A stretch of DNA of 50,845 nucleotides from Desulfobacteraceae bacterium (GTDB lineage Bacteria > Desulfobacterota > DSM-4660 > Desulfatiglandales > HGW-15), in NCBI GenBank assembly GCA_050050615.1, contig JASFTV010000001.1, positions 1 to 50,845 of the forward strand, in the 5' to 3' direction. This document shows, in pieces, positions 1 through 9,150 of the stretch. The translations under genes and the position numbers were made by a program. Under the pieces are notes generated by a model. It was not told the origin of the DNA. It made no database searches and saw only the letters and a list, made by a program, of their open reading frames with translations. The stretch's first letter is position 1. The number at the start of each line of letters is the position of its first letter.

Positions 1-104
1 CCTCGGGGTAAACTCCGGGAGAAATCTTCTTTAGTGTTATCAGTGATTTCTCAGTTACTTCGTTCCTTCGAAATGACACTGTTATTTATGCAACTAAGTA
101 CTAC
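1..104. repeat. Truncated right end of a TIR-bounded palindromic intergenic element, same family as 44187-44342 and 47904-48105
   Basis: nt 1-100 read as the reverse complement of the interior of the 44187-44342 copy (shared GTCATTTCGAAGGAACGAAGT.ACTGAGAAATC ... GAAGATTTCTCCCGGAGTTTACC). nt 86-103 carry the family terminus TTATGCAACTAAGTACTA. The left part lies outside the window. Confidence 0.75.
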
Positions 105-140
105 CGAAGCTTCGCCTGAAACAGGACGAGGCTTTTGCCA

Positions 141-341
141 GGGATGGCCATTCCCCTCAAGGCGATATCTATATAGGCTTCTCCGGAGGCGGACTGATCT
201 TTGAGGGTTTGAGAGATCTTTGACTTCGTCGGAACGAGAAATTCTGCTAGGGCTTTCGTGGCGCAAACCCTCAAAGATCAGCCCGCTGGAACCTCCGGTA
301 AAACTCTTTTGAGATATCGCCTTTCGGGGAAAAGCCATCCC
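141..341. repeat. Long imperfect palindrome with nested inverted repeats (GATATC-arm family, related to 13847-14034)
   Basis: Outer arms are GGGATGGCCATTCCCCTCAAGGCGATATCT (141-170) and AGATATCGCCTTTCGGGGAAAAGCCATCCC (312-341). Inner perfect 16-bp arms are GATCTTTGAGGGTTTG (196-211) and CAAACCCTCAAAGATC (264-279). Confidence 0.7.
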
Positions 342-456
342 AGCTCCGCCAAGGACCCTGGCCCAGACCTGGCACTAACCGAGATATTTTGCCTGGTCAA
401 ATTGCCTCATAGCAGAGAGACAATTGACGGGCTCGTGCTATCGCGCCAGGGCGGGC

Positions 457-486
457 TTGACATCAATCCGCCCTCGGCGGATAAAT
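457..486 (+). promoter_or_regulatory. Candidate sigma-70 promoter upstream of the mini-ORF and LUD gene
   Basis: TTGACA (457-462), a 17-nt spacer, then GATAAA(T) (480-486). Motif match only. Confidence 0.35.
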
Positions 487-760
487 GTTAAGATCTTGAG
501 CTATGAAGACACCTAGGGCCATCCAGGTAACGGTCTGAATCATTCAGCAATTCCTTTTCAGCCATTTTTTCCTTTGACACTCAGACGCTTTTTTTGATTA
601 GTTTTTCCATTCCGTACGAATACTCGTTATCTCAAGGAGAAGCGTATGTTCTTTGAGATTGAGACACCGGAGGAGATTGCGATCAGCATGGCGGGAGCGT
701 TGATAAACGTAAGCTCCGGGCGTGAAGGGAAAAACTGATTATTTACTAAAGGAGATGAAG

Positions 761-1405
761 ATGGACAATTCATATCAGAGTTGGTTGTGGGAGAAGCGGG
801 GCGAACAGTGCGTCAAGGCGTTGAAAAAGCATGGGTTTGATGCCCATTTCGTCCCCACTGTAGAAGAAGCGGGCGATCTTATCATGAAGATGACCTCAGG
901 TTATGAAACCTTCGGGTTCGGTGGATCGAACACCACGAGAGCCATGGGAGTGATGGAGGAACTCAGAAATAAGGGAAAAACGATATTTGATCATTGGGAA
1001 GGGGATATCTTCGGCGAACGGAACAGATATATTCGCCTTGAGCAAGGAAGATGTGACTGCTTCCTTTGCAGCGCCAACGCTATATCCGCCACGGGCGAGA
1101 TCGTCAACGTGGATGCAGCGGGTAATCGTACCAATGCGATGACCTTTGGCCCTAAGAAGGTCATTGTGGTGGCCGGCATGAACAAGGTGACACAGGATCT
1201 TGAATCTGCCCTGGCAAGGGTTAAGGAGGTCGCTGCTCCCATGCGGGCCAAAAGCCTGGATATGGAAACGCCCTGCGCTGAAACGGGGATTTGTAATGAC
1301 TGTAACTCCCCGCAAAGGATCTGTCGGGTCACCAACATCCTTCACCGAAAGCCGATGATGACGGATATATCAGTTGTCCTGATCAAGGAAGCCTTGGGGT
1401 TCTAA
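761..1405 (+). CDS. LUD domain protein (LutC/YkgG-like, DUF162)
   Basis: Track ORF 722-1405. AAGGAG at 749-754 favours ATG 761 (ATG 755 is also possible). The length and the GFGGS...CDCFLCSANAISATGEIVNVDAAGNR...VVAGMNKV pattern fit the LUD family as I recall it. Confidence 0.65.
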   Translation: MDNSYQSWLWEKRGEQCVKALKKHGFDAHFVPTVEEAGDLIMKMTSGYETFGFGGSNTTRAMGVMEELRNKGKTIFDHWEGDIFGERNRYIRLEQGRCDCFLCSANAISATGEIVNVDAAGNRTNAMTFGPKKVIVVAGMNKVTQDLESALARVKEVAAPMRAKSLDMETPCAETGICNDCNSPQRICRVTNILHRKPMMTDISVVLIKEALGF

Positions 1406-1434
1406 CAAACACTCATTCCTTAATAGAAGCGTTA

Positions 1435-2121
1435 TTATCGCGAGGGTTTTTGCAAGGGTGAAGGGTAGGGGATTCTGGCCCGAACATCCCGTATACGGGA
1501 GAGGTATTGGCGAGATCTTTGACGGATAAGCTCAACCTTCCCAGATTCCACGGCTTCCTTATTAACCAAGTCTCCTCCCGACCCTACAAAGGTGGCACCG
1601 GCCTCAAAATATTGGGCGAGGGTTTCCAGATTTACCCCTCCTGTCGGAACCAGGGGAATGTGAGGAAAGGGTTCGCGAAGCATCCGAATATATGCGGGAC
1701 CGCCCGCAGCTTTGGCGGGAAAAACTTTCACGGCATCTGCTCCGGCCTCCCACACCGATAAGATCTCAGTGGGTGTCAAACCCCCGCCAATGACGCAGAC
1801 GCCTTTCTGCTTACAGATTGTGATGATGTCCGTTTCTACGGTGGGAGTCACAACAAATCGGCTTCCCACATCAATAGCCCCTAAACAAGTCCTGGCGTCA
1901 GTGACTGTGCCCGCTCCCACTGTCAATTCATGGCCGAACGCTTTTGAGCATTGCTCAATGATCGCAATGGCATTAGGTACCGTCATAGTGATTTCTGCGA
2001 TGGGTATCCCCCCTTCAATGAGTGCCTCGATGACTGCTAGCACGTTATTTTCTGAGTTAGCTCGAACAACGGGTACAATGCCTGTGTTTACTAAATTTTG
2101 CAGTACGTCTTCTTTGTTCAT
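1435..2121 (-). CDS. eda: 2-dehydro-3-deoxyphosphogluconate / 4-hydroxy-2-oxoglutarate aldolase
   Basis: Track ORF 1435-2202. The internal ATG at 2121 is preceded by AGGAG with a 7-nt spacer. Sequence features are GIVPVVR, GGIPIAEITMT, GAGTV, VKVFPA and PTGGV, typical of the KDPG aldolase family. Confidence 0.9.
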   Translation of the reverse strand: MNKEDVLQNLVNTGIVPVVRANSENNVLAVIEALIEGGIPIAEITMTVPNAIAIIEQCSKAFGHELTVGAGTVTDARTCLGAIDVGSRFVVTPTVETDIITICKQKGVCVIGGGLTPTEILSVWEAGADAVKVFPAKAAGGPAYIRMLREPFPHIPLVPTGGVNLETLAQYFEAGATFVGSGGDLVNKEAVESGKVELIRQRSRQYLSRIRDVRARIPYPSPLQKPSR

Positions 2122-2238
2122 GTAAAGCTCCTTTTTGGATAAACTTGGCTGACCCCTCTGTATAACCGGTCCCTTCGCATCCGGGTTAACTCTTAAGTCC
2201 ACGCCTAAAATGCAAGAGCCCGAGTATTTATCTCACCA

Positions 2239-3210
2239 TCACCAATTGTTCACCCAGGACATTGGACTCTTCCCGGAAAAAACCCTAACGATTTCCTGAG
2301 CGCCTCTTGTTTGGAGCTCTCTGACGGCATCTTTTGAGTACCAGCCCATATGTGCAGACAATATAACGTTGGATAGTCCGAGAAGAGGATGGTTTTGATC
2401 GAGGGGTTCCCTTTCGAAGACGTCAAGGCCTGCGGCCAGAATCCAGCCTTCATGGAGCGCCTTTACCAGAGTCTTCTCGTCAATCAACTCCCCACGAGAG
2501 GTATTAACGATTATGGCGGTTTGCTTCATTCTTCTTAAAGCCGCTTCGTCGATGAGGTGTTTCGTCTCAGGGGTAAGGGGAGCGTGAATGGATACATAAT
2601 CGGACTCAACCAGTAATGTATCGAGCTCGGTGTTTTCGGCCCCATTTTCCTGGATCATTTCGAGGGGTACATATGGATCGAAGACCAGCACCCGCTTCGG
2701 AAGAAACCCTTTCCATTTTCTGTGAAAGGCTCTGCCTATTTGTCCGTACCCAATAAGACCCAGGTTCTTCCCGGTCGTTCGATACATTGCGTCGGTAATG
2801 TTAGTTTCGAACTTTCCCTCTCGCAGATTCTTGTCACGAACGAGGAGCGTTCTTATACAGGCGAGGAGCAATGCGGCAGCGTGATCTGAGACCTCTTCCG
2901 TTCCGTAGCCGGGGATATTGGCTACATAGATCCCCCTTCGCCTTGCGGCCTCCAGGTCAATATTGTCAACGCCGACCCCATAGCGAACAATGACCTTGCA
3001 GCGATGCAGCGCATCCAGGACTCTGGTGCTGATAGGTGCTTCTCTAACCAGGATGCCATCCGCATCCTTGGCCACGGCTATGACTTCATCTTCGGTCAAG
3101 CAGTCCTTGGGAGCGAGGATGAGTTCAGCGCCAACGGGGTTCAAAATTTCCTTCTCTGTATCGTAAGACGCATAGCCAAGGCTTACGACCGCGACTTTAT
3201 ATTGGGCCAT
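2239..3210 (-). CDS. D-isomer-specific 2-hydroxyacid dehydrogenase (NAD-binding)
   Basis: 323 aa with GVGVDNIDLEAARRRGIYVAN, the GLIGYGQIGR Rossmann motif, and SIHAPLTPET ... NTSRG ... DVFEREP. Confidence 0.88.
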   Translation of the reverse strand: MAQYKVAVVSLGYASYDTEKEILNPVGAELILAPKDCLTEDEVIAVAKDADGILVREAPISTRVLDALHRCKVIVRYGVGVDNIDLEAARRRGIYVANIPGYGTEEVSDHAAALLLACIRTLLVRDKNLREGKFETNITDAMYRTTGKNLGLIGYGQIGRAFHRKWKGFLPKRVLVFDPYVPLEMIQENGAENTELDTLLVESDYVSIHAPLTPETKHLIDEAALRRMKQTAIIVNTSRGELIDEKTLVKALHEGWILAAGLDVFEREPLDQNHPLLGLSNVILSAHMGWYSKDAVRELQTRGAQEIVRVFSGKSPMSWVNNW

Positions 3211-3256
3211 GAAATGTCGACCTTCTCTTTCAGAATGCTATTGTGAGCAGGCAACA

Positions 3257-4219
3257 TTAAACGTCTTGCTCAGACATGAGAGCTTCAACGTCTTTCATCC
3301 TGGGGACAGGCATGACGCAGCCAAGTCCTGTCGTCGTAAGTGCTGCAGCGGCATTTGCGAAACTTACGCACCTGTCAAGGGGCCACTTGGACAGATATCC
3401 GACAACGAAAGCACCGTCAAAGGTATCTCCAGCTCCTGACATATCCACAGATTTCACCTTGTAGGGCTCAAATTTCTGGGTTTTGCAAAGAGCCACACCC
3501 TCAATCTGATCTTCGGTCGCCAGGAGGGCCCCCTCAGATCCCACTTTGAGGACGACCACTTTGGGCCCGAGGCTCAAATAGAAACCGGCAATCTCTTCAG
3601 GGTCTGAAATTCCGGTCAGCAGCCTAGCGTCTTCAAGACTGGGAAAAACGAGATCCGCCTGTCTGAAGGTTTCGTGGATGATTCCCCTTGCCCTTTCCAA
3701 CGGCCACAGTTTGGGTCTGAAATTCGGATCATATGAAATTGCTAATCCGGCGGTTTTTGCCATGTCAATGGCGGCAAACACCGTGTCGCAGGCAGAGGGG
3801 CTTATTCCCTGGCTGATGCCCGAAACATGGAGGAGTTTTCCTCTGCTGATATAATCGGAAGGGAGAAAATCCGGTGTCATTTTGCTCGCAGCGGAGTTCT
3901 TTCGATAGTACGTAAAATAGTGCTTGTCAGCTGCTCTTGAAATAAAATAGATGCCAGTGAATGCGTCAGGATCCTTGACGGTATGACTGGCGTCAATGCC
4001 CTCCCTTTTCCAGAGAAGCATGAAGCTTTCTCCGAATTCATCATCACCCACCCGAGTAAGATATCCGACCTTACCTCCAAGCCGACTCGCCGCTATGGCG
4101 AAGTTGGAGGTGTCGCCTCCCCAGCCAACCAAGAACTGAGTCACCTCAGAAAGGGCACCTTCTTCAGAGGCACTAAACTCCAGCATCGGCTCTCCAAGAG
4201 CAATGATGTCAACCCTCAT
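3257..4219 (-). CDS. kdgK: PfkB-family sugar kinase, probably 2-dehydro-3-deoxygluconokinase
   Basis: 320 aa with N-terminal ALGEPMLEF ... GGDTSNFAIAASRLG and C-terminal DMSGAGDTFDGAF, the PfkB signatures. It lies next to eda. Confidence 0.8.
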   Translation of the reverse strand: MRVDIIALGEPMLEFSASEEGALSEVTQFLVGWGGDTSNFAIAASRLGGKVGYLTRVGDDEFGESFMLLWKREGIDASHTVKDPDAFTGIYFISRAADKHYFTYYRKNSAASKMTPDFLPSDYISRGKLLHVSGISQGISPSACDTVFAAIDMAKTAGLAISYDPNFRPKLWPLERARGIIHETFRQADLVFPSLEDARLLTGISDPEEIAGFYLSLGPKVVVLKVGSEGALLATEDQIEGVALCKTQKFEPYKVKSVDMSGAGDTFDGAFVVGYLSKWPLDRCVSFANAAAALTTTGLGCVMPVPRMKDVEALMSEQDV

Positions 4220-4228
4220 GAAGTCCCC

Positions 4229-4879
4229 CTATATCCGGCCATATTTAGCGAGCCCCTCACGCAGGGACTTGGTTTCGCGAATCAGCCTCGCCTGTTCTGC
4301 TTCCCGTTCCTCTATCTCGGTTGCCATCTCCAGTACCGCCTGCACGTGCGCCTTCGGTACCACCGCCGCCCCGTCCAAATCGGCGACGACGAGATCACCG
4401 GGATTCACCTTGATGCCGCCACAGACAACGGGTTCATTGGATGATAGGGTTTTGAAGCGTCCGAGAGTGGTCCCGGGAGAAACACTGCGAGCAAAGACCT
4501 GGAAGCCGGAGTCGCGCCTGATTTCGATGATGTCCCGAACCCCGCCGTCCAGAACCGCGCCAGCCAGCCCGTTTACCTCTGCCCCGGCAGTCATCAAACC
4601 GCCCCAGACAGCCACATTGGGTTCTCCGTTGATGGCGATGACAATAACGCTTCCCTCAGGTGACTCGTCGATAGCATCGAGGGCATGCTGTGGGGGCAAA
4701 AACTCATCGGTCGGGCCCTCAAGGATCGTTACAGCAGGTCCCACGATCTTTTTCTCGTTGATACGGGGCTTGATAGCGTGATCCATGTAACCTCGTTTGC
4801 AGGCGATCTTGTCGACGGCGTCAGCCACCGAAGCGGTAGAGACCTTCATGAATCCATCGATCATGTCTTTCGAATACAT
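4229..4879 (-). CDS. RraA-family protein (HMG/CHA-aldolase / oxaloacetate decarboxylase-like fold)
   Basis: Track ORF 4229-4963. ATG 4879 is preceded by GAGGAGAAGAG. Sequence includes STASVADAVD ... VAVWGGLMT ... GAVLDGGVRD, typical of RraA-like proteins, plus a C-terminal coiled extension. Confidence 0.75.
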   Translation of the reverse strand: MYSKDMIDGFMKVSTASVADAVDKIACKRGYMDHAIKPRINEKKIVGPAVTILEGPTDEFLPPQHALDAIDESPEGSVIVIAINGEPNVAVWGGLMTAGAEVNGLAGAVLDGGVRDIIEIRRDSGFQVFARSVSPGTTLGRFKTLSSNEPVVCGGIKVNPGDLVVADLDGAAVVPKAHVQAVLEMATEIEEREAEQARLIRETKSLREGLAKYGRI

Positions 4880-4994
4880 CTCTTCTCCTCTCGAGATACG
4901 AGCGGTATTTCGGTTCATGTGACTTCGGCGATGATGTCCAGAGCCATGAGGAAAAAGGAACAAAGCCTGGACTCATCGCCTCAGTCTATAGAGA

Positions 4995-6011
4995 TTAGTG
5001 GGCCCTCTTATAATCCTCGATAGCCGCGAAGATCTTTTCAACCCACTCTGCGCCAATCTGTTTCTTCACCCAGGCAACAACTGATGGCTGGGCCATTTTC
5101 CGAAAGGCTGACACTTCTTCGGGCGTGAGCGGCGTTACTTGCATGCCCACCCCCCCGAGGATAGTCGGAGCATTCAAGTCCTGAGCTGAGGTCATGCCGC
5201 GGTGAATGATTTTTGCGATATCCACACCCCTCTGGATCACCTTCTGTTCTTGCGGCGTTAGGCTGTTGTAGAAACGGTCGTTCATGAGATAAGCGTGCCA
5301 GCTGTACACGTGACCATCAAGAGAGATGTGTTTTTGGTTCTGATATAGGCTGGCCGCCAAGATGTTGGTGACACCGTTCTCCTGACCGTCAACCACACCC
5401 TGCTGTAAGGCTGCCGGCAACTCTGGCCACGGTACGGGGGATGGGCTGGCGCCGAGGGAAGAAACTAGTTTGCTCCAAATGGGCCCAGGCATCACCCGGA
5501 TCTTGAGCCCGTTCATATCCTCGGGCGACCTGATAACGCGCTTGTTGTTGGTAAAGTGGCGGATACCATTGTCTCCTAGGGCGAACATGCGTATGCCGGT
5601 CGCTTTGCGCATGGCTTCCGCAAGTGCCTTGCCGAAAGGTCCATCCACAACCGACCACGCCATGGCCTGGTCTTCAAACAGATATGGGATTGCGTAAACC
5701 ATAAAAGGCTTGAAAACGGGAGAAATCGGGCCGTCGTGGACAACGCCCATCTCAATGGTGCCCATCTTCAGTCCTTCGAGAACGGTGATGGCATTTCCCA
5801 ACTGGCTCGCGGGGTAAATTTCCACCCTGAGAGAGCCCTTGGTGTTCGCTTCCACATAGTTTTTGAATGCTAAGGCTGCGGCCTGTTTGGGTTGATCCAG
5901 TTTAGCGGGTTGGAAATGGGCATACTTAATGACTTTTGGTCCTGCCCAAGCCATGCCAGGGAAAAGCAGGGCCACCATTGCCAGGATCAAAAACAATCTC
6001 ATTCTTTTCAT
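4995..6011 (-). CDS. dctP: TRAP transporter substrate-binding protein (DctP family)
   Basis: 338 aa with the signal peptide MKRMRLFLILAMVALLFPGMAWA. It sits directly downstream of the dctM/dctQ genes. Confidence 0.88.
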   Translation of the reverse strand: MKRMRLFLILAMVALLFPGMAWAGPKVIKYAHFQPAKLDQPKQAAALAFKNYVEANTKGSLRVEIYPASQLGNAITVLEGLKMGTIEMGVVHDGPISPVFKPFMVYAIPYLFEDQAMAWSVVDGPFGKALAEAMRKATGIRMFALGDNGIRHFTNNKRVIRSPEDMNGLKIRVMPGPIWSKLVSSLGASPSPVPWPELPAALQQGVVDGQENGVTNILAASLYQNQKHISLDGHVYSWHAYLMNDRFYNSLTPQEQKVIQRGVDIAKIIHRGMTSAQDLNAPTILGGVGMQVTPLTPEEVSAFRKMAQPSVVAWVKKQIGAEWVEKIFAAIEDYKRAH

Positions 6012-6040
6012 CGTTCAATCCCTCCTTTTCTATGAATATT

Positions 6041-7330
6041 TTAGTGGGTTAATCCGAACAAGGTCGGCACTATGGTGCTAAGAAGCGGGAAGCCAATCAC
6101 CGCTATGAGCACCACCATTTCAGCCAAAATGAGAGGAGCGATCGCCTTTGCCAAGTCCTCAAAGGGAATGCGTCCCACTGTGCTTATCACAAACAACACA
6201 GGACCAACGGGTGGTGTGACCAATCCGATGGTGAGGTTCAGTACGATCATAACTGCAAAGTGAAGAGGGTTAATTCCGAACTGATCTACCAACGGTCCGA
6301 GAACTGGCACGAGAATGATCAGCGCGGGTAAGGTATCAATGACCATGCCGCAAAGAAAGACCAAGATAGATACCATAATCAAGACGACAACAGGGCTCGT
6401 GGTCATGCTGGCGATCTTAGCTGCGAGGCTCTGGGGAATCTGCAAGATCGTCAGGAGCCACGAAAAAATGGAGGCCATGGAGACAATAAGGAGGACTGCG
6501 GAGGTGATCACACCGGCCCTGACGAAAACGCCGGGAATATTGGTCCACTTGAGACCGCGTGTTATCAACATCCCGACGACCAAGGCGTAGGCGACAGCAA
6601 CGGCCGCGGCCTCGGTGGGTGTGAAAATACCACCCAGGATGCCCCCCAGGATTAGAAAGGGAAGGCAGATAGCCGGCAGCGCACTCCAGAAGCTCCTGGC
6701 CAGGCCGCGTAGGGTCGGCCGTTGGCTTCGGAAAAGGTATCCGTGGCGGTAGGAGATCCAGTGGTTCACCGCAGAGAGGGCAAGGCCGAGCAGAATGCCA
6801 GGGACGACACCGGCCATGAAAAGGCCGGCAACGGTGACACGGGCGTCTGAAATGGCGTAAATCACCATAAGGATGCTCGGTGGGATGATCGGGCCAATGG
6901 TCGCCGTTGCAGCGCTTAATGCGCCGGCATAGGGGGCGTCATAGCCGGCCTTGCGCATCATACTCAATTCAATCGCCCCGGGTCCGGCTGCATCCGCTAG
7001 AGCGGAGCCACTGACCCCGGCGAACAGCATGCTGACAAGAACATTGACATGGCCAAGCCCTCCGCGAATATGCCCTACGAGGTCGTTAGCAAAACGCATG
7101 AGGGATCCCGTCAGTCCGCTCGCAGTCATGATCTCCGCTGCGAGGACAAAGAAAGGCACAGCCATGAGCGGGAACGAACTGATGCCACTGAGCAGGTGCT
7201 GGGGCACCACCAGCGCAGGGAAGCGACCGTCCACGAGCACTGCCATCATGCCCGACAGCCCCATGGTCAGGGACACGGGTAAGCCCACCGTAAGGCCAAG
7301 AAAAAAGACGACAAAAAGGACTGCAGTCAT
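6041..7330 (-). CDS. dctM: TRAP transporter large permease
   Basis: 429-aa polytopic membrane protein. There is a 4-nt overlap with the dctQ stop (7327-7330). Confidence 0.9.
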   Translation of the reverse strand: MTAVLFVVFFLGLTVGLPVSLTMGLSGMMAVLVDGRFPALVVPQHLLSGISSFPLMAVPFFVLAAEIMTASGLTGSLMRFANDLVGHIRGGLGHVNVLVSMLFAGVSGSALADAAGPGAIELSMMRKAGYDAPYAGALSAATATIGPIIPPSILMVIYAISDARVTVAGLFMAGVVPGILLGLALSAVNHWISYRHGYLFRSQRPTLRGLARSFWSALPAICLPFLILGGILGGIFTPTEAAAVAVAYALVVGMLITRGLKWTNIPGVFVRAGVITSAVLLIVSMASIFSWLLTILQIPQSLAAKIASMTTSPVVVLIMVSILVFLCGMVIDTLPALIILVPVLGPLVDQFGINPLHFAVMIVLNLTIGLVTPPVGPVLFVISTVGRIPFEDLAKAIAPLILAEMVVLIAVIGFPLLSTIVPTLFGLTH

Positions 7331-7848
7331 AGCGTCTCACCTTCAATCATGTCCGATTCGTCTTTAGTAAGGATTTCTTCCCAGCGTTTGTCGATCCACT
7401 CTCTGAACATGAGGACCAGATGCAAAACGATGACCAGCGCACCCACAGGAACAGCAAGATAGGGTATGCCCTTGGGGATCTGAGTCGCCATCGTTTCCTG
7501 ACCCCAGGCAAACTGCGACAACCTGATGCCATAGTAGGTGAGTGTGGCAAAGAAAAGAACAATGAGGATTCCGAGCGTTGCCCGTAAAGCGCGGCGTATC
7601 TGTACCGGTAGCAGATCTTGAAACAAGTCAATGGCCGCATGCCGGCCTTCCCGAAGTGCCAATCCAGCGCCAAGATAAGTGATCCATATCATCAAGAAGG
7701 TAGAAATTTCCTCTGCGGTCATGAAGGAGAATCCAAAACAGTAACGAGCGACAACATTGACAAAGACGAGAACGAACATGACGCCCATCATGAAGCCTAT
7801 AGCGGCCTTATTTGCGACCACAAGGATCTTTTCAAAACGCTCCAGCAT
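7327..7848 (-). CDS. dctQ: TRAP transporter small permease
   Basis: 173 aa with about 4 hydrophobic segments, positioned immediately 5-prime of dctM. Confidence 0.85.
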   Translation of the reverse strand: MLERFEKILVVANKAAIGFMMGVMFVLVFVNVVARYCFGFSFMTAEEISTFLMIWITYLGAGLALREGRHAAIDLFQDLLPVQIRRALRATLGILIVLFFATLTYYGIRLSQFAWGQETMATQIPKGIPYLAVPVGALVIVLHLVLMFREWIDKRWEEILTKDESDMIEGETL

Positions 7849-7873
7849 AATCGTCCTCTACAAGGGTGAACTG

Positions 7874-8006
7874 GCAGGGTGCTGAAAAACGCCCATCTGT
7901 CCCGAATCCCGCGGGATTGCGCTTATACTTTGTGGCCCTAACGTGCTCCCCATGTGCATCTGAACCTTTGTCATCTTGCCCGGAAAGGGGCTTTTCAGCA
8001 GCCTGC
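7874..8006. repeat. ~133-bp palindromic intergenic element between rpiR and dctQ
   Basis: Terminal inverted repeats are GCAGGGTGCTGAAAAACGCC (7874-7893) and GGGGCTTTTCAGCAGCCTGC (7987-8006). There is an internal perfect 14-bp palindrome AATCCCGCGGGATT (7905-7918). Confidence 0.7.
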
Positions 8007-8050
8007 GGTTTTATTGAAGACAGCCGGCCGATTTCTTCAAAGCAGAATGG

Positions 8051-8890
8051 TTAATACCGCTTGTCTACCAGAGACCGCTTCACTTTGTCTAAACGGTTCT
8101 TGGTCTCGCCGAATTTCTTCATGGCTACGGATACAAACAGAACGTCTATGATGGCCATCTGTACCAAACGGGACGTCATCGGTGCCAGTCGAAGGGCCGC
8201 CTCTTGGGAATAGACAGATATGGCAATGTCACAGAGCTTGGAAAGCGGGCTTTTTTCCTGGCCCAGAATGCCGATCACCGTGGCTCCCGATTTCTTAGCA
8301 ATTTTCACACTCTCCAGGATGTCCTTGGTGGAGCCGGTATGTGATATCGCGACGACGACGTCTTCCGGGGACAGCAATGCAGAAGACATGACCTGCATGT
8401 GGGGGTCATCGTACGGGATGCACGATATTCCAAGGCGAAAGAATTTGTGATGCGCGTCTTTGGCGACGATGCCTGAACCTCCGAGACCATAGAATTCGAT
8501 GCGGCGGGCGGAAGTAAGGGCTTTTGCCGCTGTTTCCAGTGCGTCGATGCTCAGTTTGTTCAGTGCATTGTTGATTGCCTCTTTGTGGGCATTCAGTATT
8601 TTGTCCATAATCTGGACTATGGAGTCCTTTTCGGCCACATTTTCATATATGTACTGGGCAGAAGGAAGATCACGGGCCAAATTAAGCCTCAGCTCCATGT
8701 AGCCGTTCAACCCCAGCTTACGGCAGAATCTTATGACGGTAGGCTCGCTTGTCCCGGCTCTCTCCGCAAGTTCTGTGATTGAGTAGGAAATAGTGGAGGC
8801 GGGATCCTCAAGAACACACTTGGCGACCTTTTTCTCGGAGTTTCTCAAGGAGTCGAGGGCGTTCCTGATGCCAGAAACAGTATCAACCAT
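8051..8890 (-). CDS. MurR/RpiR-family transcriptional regulator (HTH + SIS domain)
   Basis: 279 aa. The N-terminal ITELAERAGTSEPTVIRFCRKLGLNGY is an RpiR-type HTH. The C-terminal GLGGSG ... ISHTGSTKD is a SIS domain. Confidence 0.88.
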   Translation of the reverse strand: MVDTVSGIRNALDSLRNSEKKVAKCVLEDPASTISYSITELAERAGTSEPTVIRFCRKLGLNGYMELRLNLARDLPSAQYIYENVAEKDSIVQIMDKILNAHKEAINNALNKLSIDALETAAKALTSARRIEFYGLGGSGIVAKDAHHKFFRLGISCIPYDDPHMQVMSSALLSPEDVVVAISHTGSTKDILESVKIAKKSGATVIGILGQEKSPLSKLCDIAISVYSQEAALRLAPMTSRLVQMAIIDVLFVSVAMKKFGETKNRLDKVKRSLVDKRY

Positions 8891-9150
8891 TTCGTAAAAT
8901 TCCTACAGATATTGCAATAGATTGGCAAATTTGCGATATATTTTGTAAGATTACTACAGAGCCCTGCTCTGTCAAGAAAAAAACGGCGATGTTGAAATTT
9001 TTGTTAAGGTGCTTAATTTCCCACATCCTCGAGCCCTGTGATCAAGGCTTCGGACCAATGAAGTTTTTGTGGTACCCGTAACCCTCTCACCTGTGAAAGG
9101 AGCGGCATCTGAGAAAACGGGATTCATCTTTCTGCTGCGGCGGAGGTATC

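Noticed and set aside
51-491. Track ORFs 51-338 (-) and 258-491 (+)
   Set aside because: Both lie inside the palindromic repeat elements (1-104, 141-341). Their composition is Arg/Ser/Pro-rich, they have no Shine-Dalgarno, and each is the mirror image of the other.
4203-4781. Long antisense or alternative-frame ORFs inside well-supported genes (for example 896-1345 -, 1712-2125 +, 4203-4781 +, 14538-15083 +, 16741-17268 +, 17536-18024 +, 26643-27143 +, 35862-36416 +, 37633-38229 +, 38918-39502 -, 43658-44257 -)
   Set aside because: They fully overlap genes that have strong family motifs. They show skewed Arg/Ser/Pro/Gly-rich composition typical of shadow frames, and I recognise no motifs in them.
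7866-8054. Track ORFs 7866-8054 (+) and 7954-8151 (+) between rpiR and dctQ
   Set aside because: They are translations of the 7874-8006 palindromic element and carry no translation signals.
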